NCBI GenBank assembly: GCA_050084515.1
Contig: CM114271.1
Location: 42,036,001-42,100,000 of the forward strand
Source of the DNA: Blasia pusilla
Taxonomy: Eukaryota
DNA: 64,000 bases
Direction: 5' to 3'
Part shown: piece by piece, positions 48,846 through 64,000 of the stretch
Position numbering within the stretch: position 1 is the first letter of the stretch
Layout: each line of letters begins with the position of its first letter
Made by a program: the position numbers and the translations under genes
Notes under the pieces: generated by a model
What the model was told of the DNA's origin: nothing
Database searches by the model: none
What the model saw: only the letters and a program-made list of their open reading frames with translations

Positions 48846-49559
48846 TGTATAATGCAAGAGCTTAAGTGTGTTTCCTGGTTTTGGATTTTGGTCATGGGAG
48901 TGTTCACGGGAATAAGAGCCATTGTTTGTTGCATTGGGTGTACAGATTGTTTTGTGTAGGAGAAAGTTGCGTGACAATACTGCGTGATTTTGAGTAGAAT
49001 TTAAATATGGGGATTATGTGTGCCATGCTAGGACTCTTGGGAGCACGCTGGAGTTCACTATTTTGTTTTGTGATAGTTTCAAATTTTGGTGTGGAAGAAA
49101 ATCAATGCAAAAGTGCTGCCACATTTTTCGTAGGAATTGAGGGAGTGGGTTGAACGATAGTCACCGCTAGTTCTAGATAGAAGGTTGAATAGAGAAGTAT
49201 ATTTCATAATTTTGTAAAGTGGGAAGTCAAGCATACTATCAAAAGAATGGTGCGTGATTTTGACATGTGAGCACGGAGTTGTGGCCATTTTTGTAGGTTG
49301 TGATAGCCATTGTGTGAGTGAAATTCCAAATTTCCTTGAGTAACTCTTTTTTTCATGTCTAGAGAAGTAAAAAATATCTATTTAGTATTAAATTATTTTT
49401 CTATTGAAGGCATAATGAAGTGGGAAACAAATATTTGGGTGAGTTTGACCCTCATGTTGAGGGGATACTTTAGGAAAAGTCCAAGTTGGGGTAGATTTAG
49501 GGGAGAATGGATATTTTGAAGGGGCCATTTTAGTTTAAAAAAAGATACAGAGAGTAGTA

Positions 49560-53891
<4,332 letters not shown>

Positions 53892-56067
53892 ATTTATCTT
53901 CGAGTAAGGGCGAACCTTTTGGTTGCGACAATCATTGCTGCAAGGTGAATTTTCCAATAAGTTCTCCTATTTAGTACATAATCACTACATACACTCTCCA
54001 ATCTCTCACGACGAGAATCATAAATGGTAGTGTCGAAACGATCACTTCTTCATAACATCTAACCTCAAAATTCCTAACTATGAAGTCCTTGTAAAGTACT
54101 TAATGCTACACAAGAAAAATTATATAACTAGTATTAAATCCTACTCAAGCAGACTTATTTACATCTATAGATCACTATATAAGGATATACAAAGTACAAT
54201 CCCAAATTCTTTCGTACGTGACAATAAAAATTACCACCAAAGTTGGTGATTGCATGACCTGGTTCATGAATGCCTTTCCAAAATGATAGACTAGATAATG
54301 AGTAAACCAATGCTTATCTACAAAGAGAACATTTAAATGGTATGTGTTAAGAAAAGAAAATTGGGAACGACTCGTCCCCTATCCATGATTAACAGACATC
54401 AACCTTGATTCTATCCCTACCCATGATTAACAAACATCTTCTGTTCTCCTCAAGAATGGTTTTTGGTGGCGTCGCTCTCTCAAGAGGGATAATCCATTCT
54501 CATTAAAAAATTAACATATCCAAATCCATCCACTATCCCTAGAATAACAAGAACTTCCCTAAGATGAGAAGTCTCTCCAAACAATCATCTCCACACATAT
54601 TAGACTCTCGAAAACTCTTGAAGAATAGACTATGGTCAAGTTACTTTCCCAATATGAGTAATCCATTCTCATTGGAAGAGCAAACAAAGCCAATGCCAAC
54701 CACTCAAAAGTAACAAGATAAACTCAAGAAATAAAGTCGTAGGTGATTAACCCTTGAAGATCCTTTATTTTTATATACTCACAAGGAATCCACAAGAGTA
54801 CAAAATATGGCTAATTTTATCTTGTGCCACATGGTTTTCTTTCAAGGCTTAGCCAATCTCATTTTGACACAAGTAGATTACATGTAATCTTTTTCAAAAT
54901 ATCCTCCTAAACTCACTTTATATCTTTCAAATTATCCCAATTATCCTAACCACGAACCAAGACTATTTGAATTTTATTTTCCTTAATATACCAATCCACT
55001 CCTTTACGTTTATACTCCTATCTCTCATTTATTACTTCTTTTCTTAAAGTTGGCCCCGCACAAATAAAGTACCATAAACATGTTTAAACATTAAAAAAAA
55101 TTCTAAATTAAATACTTATAAAACTCTCTCTAACACTAATAAGATAAGAGTTTGCATAGGGAATTATTTTATCATCCGACAACGTGAGTCGAATTCAAGG
55201 ACTTAGATTTATAGTCTAAAATATGTAATTGGGCCATCAAGAATTTTACATATTTGATGTAGATGGTAAAATCAAGATTATGTGGGATGAATATTAAGGG
55301 AAGGAAGGAGATGGTAATTTGTAACAAAAATTTATTAGGTTGGACTGGAAGGTTCAAGAAAGAGAGTTGCTCCATAAAATAAATATAAGTTGGAACCACG
55401 TGAAAAGAGGGATCTATAGTGATAATATAGGTATCACCAACAATAGATGGAAATTGAAAAATTGAAATCCTTAAGCTTAGGCTTTAAGGTTATGAAATTA
55501 TATAATGAAAAGAAAAGGGCCATCTATGGTATCCCCTTAACATATGCTCGATGCTCATTAGACAAAAGTACATCCTTTGATAATAGCACGATGTTAATAG
55601 ATAATATGCACCTCCCTAGCATAGGAAAAATGCAAAGTTGGAAATGTGTACCTTTTCATCAAACAACATCAAAGGATAATTAAACTTCATTGTATAAGCA
55701 AGAGGGTTAATAAATTTTACTAATTACTTGTGTGTTTTGATTTTAATTATCTTCATTTCCATATAAGAAATCCAACTCATTCCCCTAAATTAAAATTTTA
55801 ATGGGGATCTGGCATACTAAAATTTTATATAGGCTTCAATGGGGCTAAAAAAAACATTTCAAAGGTTAGCATGAATGTTGCTTCAAGATGGGTATGTCTC
55901 TTTTTCACCTCATATAGAATTTACTCATAAAACTTCCTACATTTCATAAGATCTTTGTTCACACTAGGATACATACTAAATCTTGCCGTTGATCCAATTT
56001 TTGTAGGTACAAACCCTGTTGATAGTTTATTCTCAATGTTAATGTTGTTATACTAAACCACGATGTG

Positions 56068-56210
56068 TTCACTATTTTTATTTTTATTTTGTGACTTGGA
56101 TCCTCCTAAATGGACTTTTTTTTAATCTATATTCACTATTTTTATTTTATTTTTTGTGACTTGGATCCTCCTAAATGGACTTTTTTTTAATCTATATTCA
56201 CTATTTTTTT
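56068..56210. repeat. Short tandem duplication (~2 units, ~66 bp)
   Basis: TTCACTATTTTT...GTGACTTGGATCCTCCTAAATGGACTTTTTTTTAATCTATA occurs twice. Confidence 0.85.
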
Positions 56211-59200
56211 TTCACTAGTATAGATACTCTCCTAATCATGTTCTTATCATAACATCAATTATAATTTGTTCTCCTCTAGCCCTTGACTATTTCATACTCG
56301 GACATCAGTTCAATTTTATTTTCGTAAGCTACATCTTTTTTTCAAATTTTTTGATGAAAGTTATTTTTTCCTAAAATAGCAATCATCCATACTGATTTTT
56401 TAAGAGATTGAGGGAGAGAGAGAGAGAGGAGATGGAGAGTGTGTGCATGATTTTAGATTGCTTGATTTATTGAAGATATTTTGGTGCATGATCGTTTTTG
56501 TTCAAATGCCATGAGTGGATGTGATATCTTATATTTATGTGTCCATATTTTGTGACAAAAATATATGTTGTATAGAGATGTGTATGCGCAAAAATTAGTT
56601 TTGAAAAATCACGTTGGTTGGCTTAAAAAAAAACATGGTTGACACCGAATCATACGATGATCCTTCTAGTTTGAAAGGAATACTTTGCTTAACAATATAG
56701 ATAAAGTCCCTTTAAAAATATGATGGAAAATGTGGAAAAGTGATATTTCATTTTTCCAAGAAGGGAACGATGAATGAGGGAAATGAATACCATCAACCAA
56801 TCTATAATTTTAAGCATCCCTAGAACCATGAATGTAGGAGTTTCTCTTATGTAACCTCAACATCTATTCTCTTGGCTATCTACTTAGAAATGCAAGTTAT
56901 TTGAACTAATGTAGGGATTGGATATTTTTGAGGAGTGAGTAAGTGCAAGAGTTTCTAGTAAATTGAACATGCTTAAAAGTTTATCTAAAAAATGGAAAAT
57001 ATGGAATACCACCCATGTACCAAGTATGCCACAAATCTACCAAAAGTTCTATAAGTCCATCTCATAAATCTATATTAGCTCATCATTAAATTAAGAAACC
57101 ATTCAACATAAGACGCTTTAGTAAGCTTCCATGACTATGATAGTACTACATGTAGAGAGGCTGATAGCTCCTTCATCTGAATCCATCCATTTTTTTTGGC
57201 TAGAAATTGAGATGGACCATAAAATCCCTATTTATCCTTCTTGTATGCATTTGTGGAATTTTCTTATTTCCTATCCCCATAAGAATATTCTAGAAATTAG
57301 AGTAGTATGAATTTTCTTGATATAGTCAATCAATTACATTCATGCTTGTTAGAGCAATGGAGAAAAAATTATCCAAAACTTAAATATTATTATCATCCCT
57401 ACGTTTAACCCCAAATCAATTTGGGGTTCTCTCCTTGTTGTATCTCCTAACATATAACCTAAAATTATGTTGGGTGGATGTACTAAACTACGGAAACCTA
57501 GATGTGAAGATGTACTATCCCACTCACCTATCCTTTGTTTACCACCCCTACTTCTAACATCAAATTAATTTGGGTTTCTCTCCCCTTGGTCTATCTCTCA
57601 AGATGTCAAAAAAAATCATGCCAAGTGGATTTCTTGACATTTGGACCCTAGATGTGAAAGATATACTACCCAACTAGGCCCACTCTCCTATCCTTTTTAA
57701 CTAGTGAGAGTGCTTGTATGATGCATTTTCCCCCATTTTTAAACCCTAATCGTTATGTGCCTATTGCGTATGCACCTTGTTATTTGGCAATTTGGTTAGT
57801 CAAATTCGAAAACTTGAAAGTAACACAGAAAATTTTCTAAGGAAAAAAAATTCTACCACATGTTATGCACTTCATATCTCTCTTCATTTTTCTCCTTATG
57901 GATTTATAGAGGGATAAGAGAAGACACATTTTACCACTCTATTGACAATGAAGAGCGGAGGAGTACTCATGAGTTTGAGTGGGCTTGAAACACAAGTTGT
58001 GTAGCATAGATCAAACACAATCCACGTTATATGGTGTGTTTTGGGAGTTATAGGAATCATTTGAACTTAGTGAAAGAGATTTGAGTATACCCTTTCCAAA
58101 TTTATAACTTTCTCAATTAGAACTTGTACCTCTAAAGATATGAGGCTTGGAGTTACAACTCATAGATATAGTTAGAAAAGCTAGAAATAGTTTCAAGATG
58201 AAAATTAACAAGATTGATTCAGAAGTGGATGAAGGAGACTCAAGCTACAAAAAACTCACCTTCTCAGAAAATTGGCTCTTAACGTTCACAACTTCACAAC
58301 ATTGTAATCTTCACCCAACTTGTTTACAACAACTTCATGACCTCCGTGTCCTGTGGTCAACCTCCAAACCTCAAAATTGACCTCTTGTTCCTCCAATTTA
58401 GTTGGGGATACATTACCGTACATACCTTTTCTCGTACAACCAAACAATCACCTTACCTTATCTCATCTCATTGGCACCTCATGTGGATAATAAACATGTC
58501 AATTTTAGATCGGCTTTTTTGGAAGTTTTGTGGAAATTTGAGAACCTCCAATGTTAGAGGAGCAAATTTCCCTTGCTTTTAAGGAGGAACCACTAGAACC
58601 AACTCACTAAAAAAATGAGCAACACACTTACTAATTTTAAACCGACCTTTTATAAGAGTGAAATCCTTCAATATTGATCCAACATATGTATGAAATAAAC
58701 CATGTTCAAAATAGAATCAAATAATATCAGCAAATATAGGGCTACTTGATATTTTCCCTTACCTTTTCTTGAAGAGGAAACACGTGAATAATTTTGCAAT
58801 TGGCTTCACTTCTTAAGGTAGCCCATTCTTTCAAAAAAAATCCTTTCCTTATATTATAATATATATTTTTACTTATTTTTATCCTAAGTTAAAAGGGGCC
58901 AAATTATCGTTCTCATATCCTATAGGATGTAACCTCGACCCATTTATATTATAATGGATGACTTCATATATATAATAAGACAAAATAATGGGATAATGAG
59001 AAAAAATAGCAACATGTTTAAATTTTGTTCTTTAAGTCATATTAGATGGGTAGAGAGAATGAATTTGAATGGAAGAAGAAAATAATTTTACATACTAATC
59101 AATAAATAAATCAATTTATATTATAATGAATGATCCTAAGTGTATAATAAGAAAAAATGGAATTTTTTTCTCTTAACTCATATTTGATGGGAAGGGAAAG

Positions 59201-61929
59201 TAAATTTTAGATAGGGAGTTAGTGGATATTTTCTTTTAATTTTATGGAAAAATGAAATTATTTATAGGAGTAGGATATCATTTAAATTTTAATTGTGGAG
59301 TGGAATTACTTAGAAGAATGGAAAGCTATTACTCTTCTTAGATGTAAGATAATAAAATTTATTTTTATTTATAATTTTTTAAATAAAAAAATGCTTATGC
59401 ACGTTACATATTTTGGAAAAATAAAATAGAATGAAAAAGAAATCATTTCATTAATTAATATTAATTTATAGTTTAATTAGTAGATGTTATTTTGATAAGA
59501 AGGGAAAATTAAGTATTGTTCAAATTTGCATGGAGGAGTGAAATGATTTAAGAACGAAATAATTTTATTCTTTCCAATTTTAAAATAATTAAATTTTGAA
59601 ATAAAAAATATTTCTAAATTATTATTTTTATTTTCGTACGAAAACGGATCAAACATCAGTTTTGGATTTCACGTAAGGCTTTCATTAAAGGGACGGAGGT
59701 AATGCTTAAAAAGTTGCTAATGTAGTATTACCTCTGTCCCTTCAAGGACGGAAACATTGTGCTCAGCTTAGTAACAGAATTTCTACTTTCAGTTTTCACC
59801 CTGGAGGGCGTGTCGGGCGGGAGACACAGGCACCAGTGATGAATCCAAGGTTAGCTAGGGTATCGGGACACTAACATGGATCTGCCACCCAAGGATCGTG
59901 GTATGCTGGCGGAGACACGGGACTCTGGAGAGTGGAGAGATTGGAGGAGATAATGGGGTCATGCGAGTCATTTAAGGAGAACACGTGTTATGTCCTCCGT
60001 CGTTGCCCACAGCGGCGGAGATGGGGTGGCTGTCCGTATTCCTGGTGGACGGGAAGGAACGGGATGGGGGGAGTCCCGGGGCACTGATGGGGAAGGGTCC
60101 GAAAGGTGGGATTATCCCACACAAACTGAGCCGAGCGGACTCACGGAGTGCCTCAACTCTGGAGTCAAATTGGATGACCCGTGTAGGACGTGGAGGTGTG
60201 TCCATCCGTCTTGGTGGTGGATGGAGTCAGAGTGGTGACATCGAGTTATCCTACGCTGGCTGGCTGGCTGGCTATGGTCAGATGAATCATGGAAGAGTAG
60301 TGGCGTGACTGCAGTCAGTTAACTGGATGACTGACGTAAGGACAGAGCCGTGCCTCCGTTTACACTGCCATTACAAGTGGCGCGCGTTCCGTCACCATAT
60401 CGGCGATTCAAACTGTTACCAAGCCTAAGGGGCTCGAAGCTAGGGTTATACCTCTACTTACTAGATCGGGACAGACTGCCTCGGGACAGGTGGCCATGGC
60501 AGAAGAGTGGAGGGAGTGTGAAGTATGGAGGCAGGCAGTCAGTCTGACTGACGGAGGACGTGTGAACTTGTGCGACTTTAGGGTCGGCATCCGTCCGCGT
60601 TTCAGGTGGACGGAATATAGGCGATTTGAAACATGTTCGGGGAGACCCCGCAAGAGTGGAACGGACACGAGAGCTGTCAGCTTCTGAGGCGTAGAATGCG
60701 CTCAGAGCTGAAGAGTGGAAGGAATCGTGGAATGGCAGCCCCGAACATCAAGATAACTCGAAACCCACAGATAACTGCAGATTTAAGAGAGTTCGTGCGG
60801 AATTTCAGGCGAGGTAAGGAACAAATAAGAGGTTTAGTAGGAATCGGAAGAAGGCCAAAATTCATTTACCATTCTCACTACTGCACATCTTTGATTTGCT
60901 CATTGATGAATGCTTTCAGAGAACTGTCTTGATCATGTGTCACGAGTGAAGTCTTCTTCTCTCTCTGAGTCTCGGCGTAGTCAACCATCCTTTCCCTCTG
61001 ATCGGCAGTCACCTTTCGCTCTCCTGCGCGCCTACGGCTTCTGGAACTGCAGCTTTTCCGCAATGATTTTGTTCGTCATTACAGCGTATTACCAATAGCT
61101 TGAAGTCACCTGGTGACCTCTTTTCCCGGTAATTACTGCCCTTTAACACGGAGTGGTGATACGAGCGAGGGTAGGCGATTGTTTTCTCATTCGAAAGTCG
61201 CACGCAGTCTTGTGGAATGCTTGATTAGATTCCTAATCTGTAGTGTGATTAGCCGGAGGTTTCCGTCTTGAACGAGAACTTGGGCCATCCGTCGGTGAGC
61301 TAGAGCTGCAAGTCCAGATGCAATTGGTCGGGGATAGACTGGATTTCTTAAGCCGTGCGGTGAAATCGTCCACATAATAGAATATTGCTCGTAATCGCCT
61401 TGGTGTTTCCGGGCCTCAATCCAGACGTATGATAATGGCAGCAGATTGTCATGGACCTAGGAAACCTTGTTCGTCGGACAGGTTTTGACCCCATCCCCTT
61501 CCTCCTTAGAAATCCCTCAGATGCTCGGTATGGAGTACACCTAGTGAACCTTGTGTGGTGGTCGCTCTTTCGACCAGTAAGTCGCGATACTGCGAGACGC
61601 TGGAGGATGAATGACATCCAAAACACTCGGAACGCGCACCAGATTTCGTAGGTGACATTACTATCGGTTGCAGTCATCTTGCCTCGTTCCTTCGATTGAA
61701 GCAACTTCTTCAATCGTGGCAGGAGCGTTTCCCTCACTATCCTGGAATTGTTAGTCGGTGACAGAGACAGCAGATTGTCGTGTTCGAGTGAGCATACGAT
61801 CCCTTGACCGCCATGTCCTGTAGGAATGTGTGAAATACTACTCTGAGCTGAAGTTGTTGGATTCTGGCCTCCTGGTGTTCCAATTATTGTTGTGGTATTC
61901 GCGTCGGCGGAGCTTATCGTGAATTGAGA

Positions 61930-63360
61930 ATGACAGAAGCTCTGCCCGCCGGACGAGGCCATTACACGTCGCGTGAAGGGCAATTCTTTGCTATTTTCAA
62001 CCAGGAGAAGGGAAAGAAAGTAAGATTTGAAGGTGGTGGCAGGAACAGCCCTCAGCAGCACGAATTAGCAACAACTGAGACGTCACGGTTTTCATTTCAG
62101 AAGGATAAGAATACGGGTGAGCTCCCAACGTTTGGCGAGCATCCACTTTCGATCCAGAAGGACCAGGGCGCTGTGCAGGAGAGCGAGGAGATACGACTGA
62201 AGGGCAAGCTGAGGTGGTTGTTCGAACAGGACCGAATGTTTTGGGAGTCCAACGACATTAAAATTTCCCGTGAGGGCTCAGAAGTGTTCTCTCCCAAACC
62301 AAAATGTCTACCGTTCGAGAACATTGTACGTGGGAGCAAAGCGCGCGAGTCCAAGAAGAGCAACGCCTCCAACGTCTCACAACAATCAGCAGCAGCGGCA
62401 GCAGCAGCAGACCTCAGGAGGACTGCATCGTTCGAAAAGTTGGCCGTTGATCACAGGCTGGGAGAGTCCAGCCATGTCAAGGTGCCGGGAGAAGAAATGC
62501 CGCAAGTGCATCCAACAAACAAGAGGTTTGTTTCCACTAACAAGCAGTGGGAGTCCAACCAAAACAAGGTCAGGGACTCGAGCCATGCGAACGTGCCGCG
62601 AGGTGAAACTCCTGAATTCGATCCCTTGAAGAAGTTCTCCTCTTCCAACAAGAACAGGGAGCTGAAGAACGCGAAGATTTCGAGGGAGGGAGGCTCCAGC
62701 ATCGATCAGTCGGTGGATTTGCACGTGAAAATTAACACAGCGAAGCTGCAAGACGATTTCTGTAGTGCCGATCAGTCGAAGAAGCCGCAGGCTTCCGTTA
62801 AAGTTCACTGGGATTACAGCAAAACCAAAGTTCCAAAGGACGAAAGCGCAACACTCGTAGAAGTGACTGATCACGCAAGGAAGCTGCTTTCTATAACGTC
62901 GCGGTCGGAGTCCAAGAATGCGAAACTGGCACCTGACACAAGCTTCCGATTTCAATTGAAATCCTCACCCGCACGTCCAGTTTATAAATTCCCCGACTTC
63001 CAACATGCTTCCGAGAATGACAGTCGTGACTTCCGCGGGAGGGAGACAGATATGTCTCAACTAGATCTTGGTGGGGAAGAATACTTCACCGACTACGAGG
63101 ACGCGCTGAATTCACGGCATTCGAGCGAGCTCTCGTTTTCTGGAGACAGCGATGATCAAGCGAAAGGTTACTCCACTCCCAGGGAATCGGAGAACGTGGA
63201 AGAGCTCAGGGAACAAGCGGCTTTTCTGAAAGCCAAATGCGATCTGCTTTCTAAAGAGAAGGACGTCGCAGTTCGCAAGTGGAAACGCGGCTGTGTCGAA
63301 ATTGACCAGGCAGCGCAGATGGCCCAAGCACTACGATCCTCAATAGAGACTCTTCTGGAG
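61930..63360 (+). CDS. Probable host gene, large first coding exon; low-complexity Ser/Lys-rich protein entering a coiled coil
   Basis: Uninterrupted ~477 codons from ATG 61930 to a phase-0 donor GAG|GTATGG. CpG is retained and there are no TE motifs. Confidence 0.75.
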
Positions 63361-63866
63361 GTATGGGAAGTTCGCTCACAACACCGGATTTCATTTTTCT
63401 TCCGTCGGTCTGGTTGTCAACCATTCAATTTCTTTTTATAATATTTCTCGGAGCCTGACTGGACGTGACAACTGATTTCCATCTCGAGTCTCCGGGAAGA
63501 CAAGCAACGTCACCGTAAGTACTCGGTTGTACGATCACTATGCGTATGACCTGCTTGCTTATTGATCGAAACGGATAGTCAGGTCAGAATTGCGACCAAG
63601 TTCCAAGTTTTCAGGGAAAAAGTAATATTCATCTGAAAATTATGGGTGAGGGTCTCTTACATTGTCAAACGGCCATTGTAGATTTATAATTGCAATTCCA
63701 GATCTTAAGATGTCCTGGTTGTCGTCAGGAATCTCTCGAACCGAGGCCATTTTCCGAGAACATCGTTGTTTTGGATTTTGACTCTTGGATGCCGAGGTTC
63801 GGAAGAAATGCTCTCCTCAGAATGACTCTAAGATAGTGCTGTGTGGTCGATGGTCGTCTTGAGCAG

Positions 63867-64000
63867 GTCAGTGTTAAAGATCCAAATGCTGTTCTTAAAA
63901 CTAAACACACCAGTCTCGAGGAGCACACGCAAGCGCTTAAAGCGCGAATGGAGAAGTTACGCAAGAGAAATGAGGAAGGTGCCAGAAAGCATCTGGAGAC
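63867..64000 (+). CDS. Next exon of the same host gene (coiled coil), runs off the window
   Basis: Acceptor GAGCAG|GTC, in phase 0, reading VSVKDPNAVLKTKHTSLEEHTQALKARMEKLRKRNEE. Confidence 0.65.

Noticed and set aside
54300-58600. Further LTR/LINE relics and short duplications (57410-57700)
   Set aside because: Some similarity to the 53480-53520 leader, but too decayed to give boundaries or a family.
61348-62061. 237-aa antisense ORF as an independent gene
   Set aside because: Starts inside the opposite-strand CDS, has no domain, and is plausible by chance in GC-richer DNA.

Overview
Eukaryotic genomic DNA, most likely from a non-seed land plant (bryophyte-like). That assignment is inferred from spliceosomal introns and the TE repertoire. 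Almost the whole window is nested transposable elements, with one probable host gene entering at the right end (61930 onward, +). Contents in order: a hAT-type MITE family with 8-bp TSDs (about six copies, three nested); a non-autonomous Helitron carrying a copia fragment; two copies of a CRE-like non-LTR retrotransposon with a restriction-like endonuclease; L1 and copia relics; a decayed Helitron PIF1 helicase; and a 14.7-kb Mutator-like element (18608-33299) with 96-bp TIRs, a SWIM transposase resembling the plant At4g13970/At1g60560 family, convergent accessory genes and several internal motif arrays. Next is an LTR split by a LINE, which is itself split by a 10.9-kb terminus-less segment. 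That segment holds a second MULE-type SWIM transposase, a divergent accessory ORF, arrays of a regularly spaced CpG-rich palindrome, and a non-chromoviral Ty3/gypsy 3' half whose LTR is flanked by both PPT and PBS. A decayed chromovirus-like gypsy element follows. The best candidate for an undescribed system is the MULE plus accessory gene plus non-coding motif arrays, an architecture reminiscent of sequence-specific anti-silencing (VANDAL/VANC-like). This is inference only. All family assignments come from motif recognition by eye, and no database searches were run.
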